A stretch of DNA of 64,000 nt from Anthoceros angustus (lineage: Eukaryota; Plantae; Anthocerotophyta), in the NCBI GenBank assembly GCA_010909165.1, contig MU008157.1:744001-808000 (forward strand), in the 5' to 3' direction. The translations under genes were made by a program, and so were the position numbers. The notes beneath the pieces are model-generated. The model was not told the origin of the DNA. It was given only the letters and a program-made list of their open reading frames with translations, and made no database searches. Shown here in pieces: positions 21,572-35,900 of this stretch; position 1 is the stretch's first letter, and each line of letters starts with the position of its first letter.

Positions 21572-22050
21572 CGGTGTCATTGTTGTCAAGACCTTAGAGT
21601 AGACTAACCTTGTCTAGTAGTGTATTGGGAGTCTTGAGTGTGATACATGGATGCTACCCATTGAGTCTGAAAGTTCCGACTCCAGCCGTGAAGAGAAGAC
21701 TCCAGCAAGAAGACAACGTCAAGCCGTGGAGCGAGGATGAAGGGCTGCAGACCGAGAGCTGAGGAGAGCACAGCAAAGTAACGTACCTGCTGGGAGGAGC
21801 CAAGAAGCAAGCAACAGTCGCCTAGGATGACCATCCTTGTCTTCCACCTTGTCTTGAACTGCGACCGTGAACTCAAGAACTTTTGGACAGGCGTTGCTAT
21901 GAGATCTTGCTAGACCAACAACGTTCTGGGATAGTGACGACCGTCATGGCGACTTCAGTTCCTTTTGCAATAACTACCAAGCCCATACCGATGGAGAGAA
22001 GAAGGGGTATGAAGATCCCGAGTTTGTTGAACGCTTTGAGCAACTAACCA

Positions 22051-25000
22051 TTGCAAATCGTGAACTGGGATCTAGATTCACTCTTCTACGGAGTTCTTCG
22101 GAGGGCCAGCCAAGTGGTACAAGAGGGAGTACCTCAAGGCATCAAGACTCAAAGAACCTTCAACGAATCAAGAAAGCCTTTTGTGAGAGGTTCAGGAATA
22201 GATGTAGAAGGCTACGTGTTGTCAAAGTTGGAGTTTTGAGGAGAAGAAGGAAGGAGACCTTGCAAGCTTATGTTGAGAGGTTTCTTAACTTGCGTGATCG
22301 TAGTGGTCCTCACTCGATTTACAGCCATTCGGTGGTTTGCTAAGGGGTTAGATCCCGAGATGGGCCGACATGTGAGGCCCAAGCGAGAAAGGACGTGAGA
22401 CAAGGCCATCAAGGCGGCACTCAACTACGAAGAATCCAACTCCTTGGACAAGAAGAAGCACAAGAAGGAAAAGAGCAAGAAGAAGAAGTCCAAGCGAGGG
22501 AAGAAGACAAGGGATCTTCGTCGGAGGAGGAAACTTGAGGAGAGTGACTCCTCTCAAGACTCGATCGGAGGACTCTTCCTGAGGAGGATGAGACGGAGGA
22601 AGAATCCTCAAGACGAGAGACGCAGGAAGAAGAAGAAGGTTGGCGTCGGTAAGAAGAAACCAGGCTCGAGGATCAAGGGAGCTGGCCAGCTAAACAAGAG
22701 GTCGCTAGTGCTAAGAAGGAAGTGGAACAAGTCAAGAAGGAGGCTGAAGTCAAGAAGGTGCAAGAAGAAGATGGAGGAAATGATGAGCAAATTCGAAGTT
22801 TCACCTCAACGCCTGAAGGAGCATGAGAAGAGGAGAGCGCATCCAAAGGCTCGGCTAACTGTTTTGTTCCACTTGTGGCCAAACCAAGTCCAACTCATGT
22901 GGCCAAGGTGCACATGCTCGCCACGAGGAGGAGGAAGAGGATCGCTGGAGGATACCTACCGATCCGTGAGGTTTCCTGTGGACAACAAGATCCCAAGGCA
23001 TCACTCCGAACCTTCAACGAATCAAGAAAGCCTTTTGTGAGAGGTTCAGGAATAGATGTAGAAGGCTACGTGTTGTCAAAGTTGGAGTTTTTGAGGAGAA
23101 GAAGGAAGGAGACCTTGCAAGCTTATGTTGAGAGGTTCCTTAACTTGCGTGACCGTAGTGGTCCTCACTCTGATTTACAGGCCATTCGGTGGTTTGCTAA
23201 GGGGTTAGATTCCGAGATGGGCCGACATGTGAGGCTACAAGCGGAGAAGGACGTAGACAAGGCCATCAAGGCGGCACTCAACTACGAAGAATCCAACTCC
23301 TTGGACAAGAAGAAGCACAAGAAGGAAAAGAGCAAGAAGAAGAAGTCCAAGCGAGGGAAGAAGGACAAGGGATCTTCGTCGGAGGAGGAAACTTGAGGAG
23401 AGTGACTCCTCTCAAGACTCGATTGAGGACTCTTCCTGAGGATGGCGACGGAGGAAGAATCCTCAAGACGAGACGCAGGAAGAAGAAGAAGGTTGGCGTC
23501 GGTAAGAAACCGAGGCTCGAGGATCAAGGGAGCTGGCAGGCTAAACAAGAGGTCGCTAGTGCTAAGAAGGAAGTGGAACAAGTCAAGAGGGAGGCTGAAG
23601 TCAAGAAGGTGCAAGAAATGAAGATGGAGGAAATGATGAGCAAATTCGAGAAGTTTCACCTCAACGTGAAGGAGCATGAGAAGAGGAGAGCGCATCCAAA
23701 GGCTCGGCTAACCTGCTTTTGTTCCACTTGTGGCCAGCCAGCCACACCAAGTCCAACTGCATGTGGCCAAGGTGCACATGCTCGCCACGAGGAGGAGGAA
23801 GAGGATCGCTGGAGGATACCTACCGATCCGTGAGGTTTCCAGGACAACATTTCCCATCATCCATCGATGCTGCGAAATTCCATGGGGGCATTCGTAACAA
23901 CCAAGTGCCTGTGGTTGCTAACCAAGCAAGGTGGTTCAGTGCTACAACCGAGGCTTTGGTCATTATGCAAATAGCTCATCGCAACAAGACAATGGTGACT
24001 ACGAACGTGCCAAGACCGCAAACAATGGGGTCATGTAGTGTCACTTGCCCAAACCGAGGAAGACTGCTCAATTGCTCAACCACTGTGTGAGTTCAAGCAG
24101 CATCCCAAGGAGCCGTGCAGCCATGCACGTGGAGGATGCCCTTATGGTCGCTTGGGAGGATGCGGAAGCCATGGTGTTGGAGCTAGATGGGGGGCAGGGG
24201 AGACTACGAGAGGCTGCAGCCATGGTCATGCGCACTAGGAATGAAAAGCTAGGAGGAAGGAAGAAGAAAGAGACGGAGGTGGAATCACCACAAAGTCAAG
24301 AGAGCACTCCAAGCCCGGAGGGAACGGATCGGAGGAGACTACGGAGGGGTGCTGACCATGGGCATGCGCACTAGGAATGAAAAGCTAGGAGGAAGAAGAA
24401 GAAGAAGAAAGAGACGGAGGTGGAATCACCACAAAGTCAAGAGAGCACTCCAAGCCTGGAGGGATCTAGAGGAGACACTTGAGAAGGAGAACCCCGAGAA
24501 GGAAGAATCAAGGAGTGAATCGCCTGGGGCCATGCTGGAGAAAAGAAGTTCCAAAGAAGGAGAGGAAACCCGAGTTTCCACCGGACGCGAAGTCATGGAG
24601 ATGATAGAGGAGGAATTGACCAAGACAAGTCCAGCGATCCCGAGGCTGCAGAAGTCCTCCGTTAGCAACCGCCGTTGCTAAGGCGGCAAGCAAGCAACCG
24701 AGCGTGTTGCTAAGGGAGCAACCGCGATCTGGGAAGAAGGAGGGACCGATCGAGGACCATTTAACCTTGCAAGCCATCATGGATCGCTTTGCTATTACGC
24801 TTGGTCAACTATTGAAGGACAACCCAAGTACAGCAACAAGTTCGGAGGGCCTTGCAAGAAGCGCAACCCAAGAGGAAGAGGCGATTGCCCAAGCCAGACC
24901 AAGGGTGCCGACTCTACAACAACCTAGTGTCCATGATAGACCAAGGGCCTGAGCAAGTGGAGATCGGGTCATCAAGCGGTTCCCTGGACACCGGATCCGG

Positions 25001-28000
25001 GTGAACATCATGACGGAAGCAATAGCAAGGAAGCTTGGGTTGGACATTGAGCATACCACAAAGGTCGAGATTGGTGACATGTCAAAAATGCACTGTGGGA
25101 GAACAAGGAGTAACCACCATCATAGGGACCATTCCCTATCTCATGGACTATGTGGTTATCCGGCAAGGCGCCGGTACGACATCCTATTGGGAAGGACTCA
25201 GATGGCTCAAGATGCAAGATGACTTGGGGAGGAAGGAAGTGGCTTTTAAGCCAATGGATTGGGACCCCAAGACAAGGAGGGCCGAATTTGTTTGAGTTGG
25301 AGCAGGATACCTCGTGGGGAGACTCCTACAAAGAACGGAAGGATACACATCGGAGAGAAACATCGACTGGAGGAAGAAGGAGGAATGGACAAATTTCCTT
25401 TGCACATATCGCATGGTCGATGAGGAGGAAGAGTATAGGAGGGATATCCCTTACTCCCTCAATTTGGTGGACTTTGGTTCATGGATGCACAGAGGAACCG
25501 CCGGCTATGAGGCGTTGCTAAGGAAAGATTCTAAAAAGCGGTTGCTAAGGAAAGCGACGGTTGTTAAGGAAGGCGACCCGAACCGTGAGGGTGAGCCAGG
25601 ATCATTCGATTCACCTCGAGGACCTATTTAGGGAGTGGGGGATGAGGGAAGAGGACCCTCGTGAACCGGAGGAAGGGTTTGGTGAGAGTTCAGCACCGTG
25701 GAGCGAGAATGGGTACAAGCGGACGAGATTAAGGATGTGGAGGTATTGCCCGGGAAGGTGCTGAAGTTTGCACGACAGCTGGACCCAGCGTTGGAAGAAG
25801 GAATGAAACAGCTCCTTGCTGAGTTCATCGACGTGTTTGCCTTCGAGGTGACAGATATGAAGGGGATTCCCAAGAAGTGGGGGGAGCATAGGATCGATTT
25901 GGAGCCAGGAGCGACTCCCGTGCGAATTCCCCAATACAAGCTGAACCCAAAGTACTCACTGAAGGTGAAGGAGCAGCTTGAATTGTACTTGAAGGCGGAC
26001 GTCATCTATCCAATCGTGAACACGGAGTGGGTGGCTCCAATCGTTGTGGTTCCTAAGAAGCACCGGAAAGATTCGAGTATGCCAAGACGGAGGAAGCTCA
26101 ACAAAGCAACCAAGAAGGACCATTTCCCATTCATCGACAACATCCGGATTTGGTGGTCGGAAGATGTGTACTGTTCTTGACGTACTCGGTACAATCACTG
26201 CACTTGAGGAGAGTGGCCTCTAACTTCACACGGATTGGGGACCTTCACAAGAGGAGTGCGTTGGATTGACGAGCGCGGTTCCTTCATGCGGCATGGTTGA
26301 GATCTTCAAGGAGTATCTCCACAAGTTCATGGAGGTATTCCTAGATGATTTTGTGTGTTTGGGAGTGTGGAGGAGCACGGATCACTTGCGGTGCTTGGCG
26401 AGGTGTCGTGAAACTCAACTTTGCCTACATCCGAGAAATGCTACTTTGGCATGCGGGAGGGATTTTGGCATGAATTTCAGCACGAGGCATCGGTTGATCC
26501 GCATAAGGTGAAGATGATTGTTGCCCAAGCCCCAACAACTCTCAAGGAACTCCGGGGTTCCTTGGCATGGTGGGCTACTACACGTTTTGTGCCTAACTTT
26601 GCTAGGAGGGCTGCGCACCTGACCAGCTTGTTGAGGAAGGACCAAGAGTGGGGAGAGGTGAGAGGAGGCATTTCAAGATTTGAGGACCACGTTGGTAACA
26701 CCCCAACCCTCAAGGGACCGGATTGGAGCAAGAAGTTCCATGTATGGATGTTTCCGCCTTCGCCATTGGTACTCTTGAGCCGGTAGGATAACAAGAAGAG
26801 AGACTACCCGATCTACTACGCGGTACTCACCGATGCGGAGCGCAAGTACACAACAATCGAAAGGGAAGCCCTTGGCATGGTGTATTCAAGAAGGACCATT
26901 TCCTCCGCCATTCATCGACAACATCCTGGATTTGGTGGTCGGAAGATGTGTACTCGTTTGACGCAGGGTACAATCACCGCACTTGAGGGAGAGTGACTGC
27001 CTCAATGCCTTCACAACGGATTGGGGACCTTCGCTACAAGAGAGTGCCTCGATCTTTCCCATGGTTGAGATCTTCAAGGAGTATCTCCACAAGTTCATGG
27101 AGGTATTCCTAGATGATTTTGTGTGTTTGGGAGTGTGGAGGAGCACCGGATCACTTGCGTTTGGCGAGGTGTCGTGAAACTCAACTTTGCCTACATCCCG
27201 AGAAATGCTACTTTGGCATGCGGGAGGGATTTTGTTGGGGCACAATTTCAAAGACGGGCATCAAGTTGATCCGCATAAGGTGAAGATGATTGTTGCCGAA
27301 GCCCCAACAACTCTCAAGGAACTCCGGGGTTCCTTGGCATGGTGGCTCTACTGCTTTGTGCCTAACTTTGCTAGGAGGGCTGCTCACGACCAGCTTGTTG
27401 AGGAAGGACCAAGAGTGGACCGACCGAGAGGGAGGCAGATTTCAAGATTTGAGGACCACGTGGTACCCAACCCTCAAGGGACCGGATTGGAGCAAGAAGT
27501 TTCATTATCTCCTCTCCTATGAGTTTGTGTTTCATGTTGACCATTTTGCTCTCAAGCATCTTGTCAACAAGGCGGATCTTCGTCGCATAGCTCGTTGGAT
27601 CTTCTGCAAGAGTTCACCTTCACGGTGGAGACACGTGAGGAGGAAGCATGTGAACGCCGACTACTTGTCCCGCTTGAAGACGGAGAAGGTGGAGCATGAT
27701 CAAGAAGATCATTTTCCGGATGAAGCTTTCTTGGAGGAGGAGGAGAGTGCTAGGCCCAATGCCAAGTTGATCGGAAACGGAGGTACAGCCAAATGAGAAG
27801 GGAGGAGAAGTTTTGCCAGCCTATGAGGAGGTCTTTCGCTTTTAGCAATTGGATACCAAGACTCTAGCGACAGAGGTTGTTCCTATACTTCCGCACTGTT
27901 GTTAAGGGACATGTGGGTAAGTCAGATGGAGTTGGGTGAGGTTGGGATGGTGTATTCAAGAAGTTTCGCCATTATCTCCTCTCCTATGAGTTTGTGTTTC

Positions 28001-29905
28001 ATGTTGACCATTTTGCTCTCAAGCATCTTGTCAACAAGGCGGATCTTCGTCGCATAGCTCGTTGGATCTTCTGCAAGGTAAGAGTTCACCTTCACGGTGG
28101 AGACACGTGAGGGAGAAGCATGTGAACGCCGACTACTTGTCTCGCTTGAAGACGGAGAAGGTGGAGCATGATCAAGAAGATCATTTTCCTGGATGAAGCT
28201 TTCTTCTTTGGAGGAGGATGAGGAGAGTGCTAGGCCCAATGCCAAGTTGATCGGAAACGGAGGTACAGCCAAATGAGAAGGGAGGAGAAGTTTTGCCAGC
28301 CTATGAGGAGGTCTTTCGCTTTTAGCAATTGGATACCAAGACTCTAGCGACAGAGGTTGTTCCTATACTTCCGCACTGTTGTTAAGGGACATGTGGGTAA
28401 GTCAGATGGAGTTGGGTGAGGTTGGGATGGTGTATTCAAGAAGAAAGTTTCGTCATTATCTCCTCTCCTATGAGTTTGTGTTTCATGTTGACCATTTTGC
28501 TCAAGCATCTTGTCAACAAGGCGGATCTTCGTCGCATAGCTCGTTGGATCTTCAAGGTAAGAGTTCACCTTCACGGTGGAGACACGTGAGGAGGAAGCAT
28601 GAATGTCGACTACTTGTCTCGCTTGAAGACGGAGAAGGTGGAGCATGATCAAGAAGATCATTTTCCTGGATGAAGCTTTCTTGTTGGAGGAGGATGAGGA
28701 GAGTGCTAGGCCCAATGCCAAGTTGATCGGAAACGGAGGGACCAAATGAGAAGGGAGGGAGAAGTTGTGCCACCCTATGAGGAGGTCTTTCGCTTTTAGC
28801 AACTCGACATAAGACTGTCACAACAAAGAACAGAGGTTGTTCCTATACTTCCGCACTGTTGTTAAGCGCGGGACAAGTCGCATGGTGGGCCGATGGAGTT
28901 GAGAGGTTGTGGGTCAAGGATGGTCAAAAGGACCGGGTTCTCGCGCCTTGCATGAGGAGGAGGCCGGAGGTCACTACGCTACCAGGTGACTGTAAGAAGA
29001 TCTTGGAGGCGGTATTGGTGGCCAACCTTGCACGATGCTAGGGAGTTCATCAAGCGTTGTGATGCATGTCAAAGGGTTGGGAAGCCAACCAGACCACACG
29101 GTGGCCATTGGTCCCTATCCTAGCCTTGGCGCCTTTGAGAAGTGGGGATTGAGTGGGGGCCGATTCAACCCCAAGACCAAGGGGAGCAATCAATATATTC
29201 GGTAGCAACGGACTCATGCCGCATGGTGGAAGCTCAAGCCTTGCCGTGGACACGAAATGTGGTGGCTGTGTTCTTGTTTGAGCATATCATCACAAGGTAC
29301 GTGCCGTTGGAGTTGGTTAGCTACCCATTTCATCAACGAGGTGATCTCACACATGGTGAAGTACTTCAACATCAGCCAGGAAGACCACCCCTACAACCCC
29401 AAGGCGAATGGACTCACGGAGAAAGCTAATGGGTTGCTTTTGATCCTTAACAAGTTAACCATCACTTACACTTACGATTGGGACCGAAGCTTCACCTCGG
29501 GCGTAGGGGCGGAGAAGGTGACCACAGGACTCCCTACTACCTCACCTATGGGCATTCACCACCATGCCCATTGAGTTTGAAGTGCCAACGCGTTGAGAGT
29601 CCAAGAGCATAAGAGGATGACGGTGGAGGAGAGCCAGTTGGAGGCTCATAGGCTTTGTTCAGCACATGGAGAGTAGGAACAAGCCTTGGCTCTGAGCGTC
29701 AAGAGAAGAGGAAGGAATGGCATGACCGGGCGCAAAATGCGTTGTTCGGGACTTGGCGTTCTTTGTGACAAGTACATGCACTTCCACGGCTGCATCTTAG
29801 ATGGATGGGTCCCTGGTGCTGCAAGTGTTCGACAATGGATCCATACAATGCGGCAACTTGATGGACCTGCCAACGGGGTCAATGGCGTGAAGAAGTATTA
29901 CCAAT
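22051..29905 (+). pseudogene. gag-pol copy 1 of the tandem Gypsy (gag, zinc knuckle, protease, RT, RNase H, integrase), with internal duplications
   Basis: ETLQAYVERFLNL..WFAKGL gag (duplicated at ~22,153 and ~23,008); CSTCGQP..KSNC knuckle; DTGSGVNIMTE protease (~24,985); EWVAPIVVVPKK and FLDD (26,338; again ~27,106) RT; YTTIEREALGMV and VDHFALKHLVNK RNase H (repeated x3); CDACQRVGKP, FEKWG and YNPKANG integrase. Confidence 0.9.
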
Positions 29906-29928
29906 AAGTTGGCGGGACGCCAACAAAT

Positions 29929-29940
29929 GAGAAGGGAGTA
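29929..29940 (+). promoter_or_regulatory. Polypurine tract (second copy 42,997-43,008)
   Basis: GAGAAGGGAGTA lies directly before the TGTGG LTR start in both internal copies. Confidence 0.85.
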
Positions 29941-32900
29941 TGTGGTGACCACATGGGTACCCCCTCGAAAGGAGTGTTTTTTGTTTTGTGTTTAAGTTGT
30001 GAGAATCGTGTGGAGTTGGAATGTGAAGTAGGTTAGGAAATAAGAAAAGTCTACTAGAGCCTAGTAGGAGGAAGAGAGTCTAGTCGATCTGATGAACCTT
30101 GGAGGGTTGGCTGCTCGGGGTTGCTACGCGCATGGGGCCGATGCAGGACTGTGCTGGCTAAGACACAAGAGCTGTTGCTATGGTAGCAACCAAGTCGGAG
30201 TTATTTTCCGATAAATCGAAAACCAATTGAGCGAAATCATTGGAAATACCCGAGCGAAATCATTGGAAATACCCGAGCGGAAGTAACGGGGTCCTATTAG
30301 CAATTTCAGTAGGGAAGAGAATATTTCGGGAAGGCGCTACCTCAAGCTCGGAGCGTGGCGTGGAGGCGGAGGCGGAGAAGCAGGCGGTCGCGAGTCGCAG
30401 GCACCAAGGGCAGAGGGTGGAATGGCGGGTGGGGGGGATGGGCGGTGGCGGCGGCGAGGCAGTCTTGAGGCAGCAGCATTCAAACGCGTGGGAGGCGGAG
30501 GCGGCGGCGAACTGGTGGAGGAGCTCCAGGCGGCGGGCGTGGGCAATGGGAGCAAGCAGTGGGGTAAATCATCCAACAGGGTGGAATAATCGGGCGGCTC
30601 ACGGAGAAGGCGGCTCGGGTACGTGGTGCACGAGGTGGGCAGCGTAAGTGGGGGCGTGGGTGCAGTGGAAGGAGGGCGTGCACGGTGGTCATTGGTGGCA
30701 CGCACCTAAGGGAGGCGGAGGCGGGCGCAGGAACGCCGACCAGTTGCAGTTTTCTCCCACCTCACATATTTGAGGCGGGCGATGGTGGCTTGCGGGAGGC
30801 GGCGGCATGTTGACGGACGATGGGAGGTTCCAATTCGAGGTGGTGTCGATCAGTCGTGGGTGGTCGACGCGCTTTCAGTCGTGGACACGGAGATAGGGCG
30901 AGGGCAAGGCGCGAGGCATGTGATGTAGGAGGAGGTTGGTGGATTCCAGGAGAAAAATCGATGAGGCACTCGCCATGGAGATGGGTACGAGGAGGCGCTA
31001 CAGGGGATCCTTGATCAGCGGCCGAGCTAGAAGAATTTGAGTGAGGACACAAAGGCGACACCGGAAGGCTTGTGAAGTGGCGGTGTGGCCGGACACTTTT
31101 GAAACTCTAGGCGTCACGGGGCAGGAGCATGGGACCTAAGAAGAACACTCCGGTGGCCATTGAGGCCATTACCAGCTCCTGGCCCAACATGGGGCAATCG
31201 GAGAGTGAAAGCGGTTCTTGGTGGCTAAGCATCACTTGTCCTTCATGGACAAAAAGTGGTGCTCTGATAGCCGTTGGTTTGAGTGTGCGGGATACATGGG
31301 AGAAGGCCCAGGAAGGCAACACGAGAACCAACCCCGCACTGGAATATTCATTGTTCCAGTGTCTATGAGGCTGAAGAGGAATGTGGAATAATCATTGATC
31401 CTTTGAAGCCATCTCCCAAAAATTGCAGAGGCTGGCCATTGCTCCCACATTGTCTAGGGTGGAGAATGGGTGGGTCACCAACAAGTTAGACCACGAGGTG
31501 GCGGATTAGCCAGTGGATCCTGTGCTCTCACTCACTAAGAAGCTAGAGCACATTCTTGTCCATTTTCTTGTCTTTCTATGAGGTGGTGAGAGGGTCCAAG
31601 ATAGATTGGGCTAGGATGTTCTATGACACGATGCGGGGAGAGGGACCACTTGACCCTACCATCACCCAGCCTCAGCTCTATCTCCTTCTTAATCCACATT
31701 TTTGACCATGCCAAGTTGCTGGAGGGGATAGAGATGGTCTCAGCCTTCCATGCCTGGAGGCCGGTGTTTGAAAGAAGGAAGCCCAAAGAGGAGTCAGAGG
31801 AAGAGGTCATCTCCAGTGGCACTGGGAGTGAAGATGAGAAGTCTGAAGTATCCATGAAGAGGAATGTGGCAGTTGCTAAGGCATCAGCCGCGGTTGCTAA
31901 CAAAGCAGCTGGAGTTGCTAAGACCCCAGCAGGCCAAGAGAGGTCGGGGAGCAGGGACTCCAACCACTCCTAGAGCCACAAGAGCACTGAGCTCACAGGA
32001 GCGGGATAAAGGAAAGGCAGGCAGCACGGTTCCCGCGGAGCCCGTGGCGGGAACACAGTCACAGGAGGAATCGGTAACCTTGGGCAGCCGAGTGACCGAA
32101 AGTCACTACTGCTCAAGGGTGACCCTCAAGTATACCCCGGAAGTGGTCGCGGGAGTCGATTCGCCCGGATAGGAAGGAGGGAACCCATCCCGGTAGGTTT
32201 GGGGCCTAACATCACCCACAAGGCTGGTCTCATGGCACGCACTAGGGGTGAGATGGAGGACCGATAGCTCGTCCTCTCTTTAGGTTTAAATTCTGGCAGT
32301 GGGGCAAGGCTGAGAGGAGCTCCAGGGGAATGAAGGAGAGAAGGAGGTCTTGGAGGGACGCCTAGGTAGCATGGAAGCGGAATTAAGGAAGGTCCGAGAA
32401 GAGTTGGAAGACCAAGGATCAGAAACCCTCATGGTTCGGCTCTCGGACGCACAAAGCACCATAGGAGGCAGAATGTCATCTCGGATGCAAGTTCAGCCGA
32501 AACGCGGATGCCCTCGCTACAAGAAGGAGGGACGAGGCAAGGAAAGGTTGGAAAGAGGCCAAGAGGGCTGTGGATTGCAAGGAGAGCCACCGTGGAAGAT
32601 GCGGAGCCTCCATGGAAGAATCATTCGAGTTAGCATGCCGAGGAGGTTGCTAAGCAAGCAAGCAAGCCGTTGCTAAGGAACAACAACTCAGACCTGCTAA
32701 GCAACAGCTCCAAGACCAGCTACAACAAGGAAGAAGGGGCAACAAGACCGGGAGGAGGACAACAGGCCGGGGGGCGGTAAGCACCGCCTAAGAAGTCTAA
32801 CTTCCCAATGGTGCATTAGATTGAGGGATGCTTATCAAGATAACCATGTGCCCGGATTCTCCTTGGCTGGAGAGAAGATTGTCTCCACAAGTTTATGTTG

Positions 32901-35900
32901 TTGTGGGCACGGGGGGACATGGAGGTACTTGATCCATGCCTTGGCAGACCGGATCCTACCTATGGGTTGGATTCTTAAGGAGGAAACTCTCACCCATCCA
33001 GATTCAAGAGCTCACCGAGGAGTGCACTGCACGGCGAGCAGAGAGAGGAGTCCAGCTGAGGAGGTAGAGATTTTATGGGAGAGATTGCCCAACCAGCCAA
33101 GAGGGAGGAGGCAAGAGGAGAACATGGGGCTAGGCGGCCTAGGAGGCCAGGGAGGTAATAGGGGTAAGTGGCCTGAAATAGCTAAAGGCCCATGTGTTAT
33201 AGACTAAATCTTATCCTCTCTCATAGGAATTGATAGATAGGCCTCTAGGATTGGTAGGCTAAGACCGATTGGTATTTTTGGCAAGCCAAGCTTTTGTGTG
33301 ATCTTGGGTATAAGAGGCACCTCTTGATGAAATGTAAGCAATGTTGGCCTAAGTCTCGGTGTTTGGGGTGAGCACGGGGTTTGGGAGTACGGATCCGGTT
33401 GTAAGTCTAGACACCTTTGTCACAGGGGAGCCAAGAAGACTACCAAGTTGCCCGGATCGTGGCCGGATTAGCCAGTGGATCCCTGCTCTCACTCACTAAG
33501 AAGCTAGAGCACATTCGACCATTTTCTTGTCTTTCTCTATGAGGTGGTGAGAGGGTCCAAGATAGATTGGGCTAGGATGTTCTATGACACAAGATGCGGA
33601 GAGGGACCACTTGACCCTACCATCACCCAGCCTCAGCTCTATCTCCTTCTTAATCCACATTTTGACCATGCCAAGTTCGGAGGGATAGAGATGGTCTCAC
33701 CTTCCATGCCCGGAGGTGTTTGAAAGAAGGAAGCCCAAAGAGGAGTCGAGGAAGAGGCCTCCATGCGGGAGTGAAGATGAGAAGTCAAGTGTCCATGAAG
33801 AGGAATGTGGCGGTTGCTAAGCCAGCGGTTGCTAACAAGCAAGTTGCTAAGACTAAGCACCAAGAGGTCGGGGAGCAACAGGGACTCCAACCACTCCTAG
33901 AGCCACAAGAGCACGACGGGAACTCACGGGAGGCGGGATAAAAAAGGGAGGCGGCACCAGTTCAGAGCCCGTGGCGGGAAGCCAGTCAGCGGAATCAACC
34001 TTGGGCACGGCCGATGACCGAGAAAGTCACTACTGCTCAAGGGTGACCCTCAAGTATACCCCAAGTGGTCGCAGGGAGAGTCGGTCAGAGATAGGAAGGA
34101 GGGAACCCATCCCTAGGTTTGGGGCCTAACATCACCGCAAGATGGTCTCAGCTATGGCACGCACTAGGGTGAGATGGAGGACCGATAGCTCGTCCTCTCT
34201 TTAGGTTTACAGCGCAGGGGAACAGGGGAGCTGAGGAGCTCCAGGAATGAAGCGAAGGAGGTCTTGGAGGGACGCCTAGGTAGCATGGAAGCGGAATTAA
34301 GGAAGGTCCGAGAAGAGTTGCAGCAAGACCAAGGATCAGAAACCTCATGGTTCGCTCTCGGACGCCAAAGCACCATAGGGGAGCTGCAGAATGTCATCTC
34401 GGATGCAAGTTCAGCCACTGCGGATGCCTCGGGCCAGAAGGAAAGGGACGAGGCAAGGAAAGGTTGGAAAGAGGCCAAGAGGGCTGTGGATTGCAAGGAG
34501 AGCCACCGTGGAAGATGCGGAGCCTCCATGGAAGAATCATTCGAGTTGGCAGAGGTTGCTAAGCAAGCCCGCTAAGAAACACAACTCAGACCACTGCTAA
34601 GGGAGCAACAGCTCCAAGACCAGCTACAACAAGGAAGAAGGGGCAATGTAAGACCGGGAGGAGGACAACAGCCGGGAGCGGGTAAGCACCGCCTAAGAAG
34701 TCTAACTTCCCAATGGTGCATTAGATTGAGGGATGCTTATCAAGATAACCATGTGCCCGGATTCTCCTTGGCTGGAGAGAAGATTGTCTCCCAGTTTATG
34801 TTGTTGTGGGCACAGGGGGACATGGAGGTACTTGATCCATGCCTTGACGCACCGGATCCTACCTATGGGTTGGATTCTTAAGGAGGAAACTCTCACCGAC
34901 CCAGATTCAAGAGCTCACCGAGGAGTGCACTGCACGGCGAGCACAAGAGAGAGGAGTCCAGCTGAGGAGGTAGAGATTTTATGGGAGAGATTGCCCAACC
35001 AGCCAAGAGGGAGGAGGCAAGAGGAGAACATGGGGCTAGGCGGCCTAGGAGGCCAGGGAGGTAATAGGGGTAAGTGGCCTCAAATAGCTAAAGGCCCATG
35101 TGTTATAGACTAAATCTTATCCTCTCTCATAGGAATTGATAGATAGGCCTCTAGGATTGGTAGGCTAAGACCGATTGGTATTTTTGGCAAGCCAAGCTTT
35201 TGTGTGATCTTGGGTATAAGAGGCACCTCTTGATGAAATGTAAGCAATGTTGGCCTAAGTCTCGGTGTTTGGGGTGAGCACGGGGTTTGGGAGTACGGAT
35301 CCGGTTGTAAGTCTAGACACCTTTGTCACAGGGGAGCCAAGAAGACTACCAAGTTGCCCGGATTCTCCTTGGCTGGAGAGAAGATTGTCTCCCAGTTTAT
35401 GTTGTTGTGGGCACAGGGGGACATGGAGGTACTTGATCCATGCCTTGACGCACCGGATCCTACCTATGGGTTGGATTCTTAAGGAGGAAACTCTCACCGA
35501 CCCAGGATTCAAGAGCTCACCGAGGAGGAGTACTGACTATCAGCGAGCACAAGAGAGAGGAGTCCACTGAGGAGGTAGAGATTTTATGGGAGAGATTGCC
35601 CAACCAGCCAAGAGGGAGGAGAGCAAGAGGAGAACATGGGGCTAGGCGGCCTAGGAGGCCTGTGAGAGGTAATAGGGGTAAGTGGCCACAATAGCTAAAG
35701 GCCCATGTGTTATAGGCTAAATCTTATCCTCTCTCATAGTGGATGAGATAGGCCTCTAGGATTGGTAGGCTAAGACCGATTGGTATTTTTGGCAAGTAGC
35801 AGCTTTTGTGATCTTGGGTATAAGAGGCACCTCTTGATGAAATGTAAGCAATGTTAAGTCTTGGTGTTTGGGGTGAGCACGGGGTTTGGGAGTACCGGAT

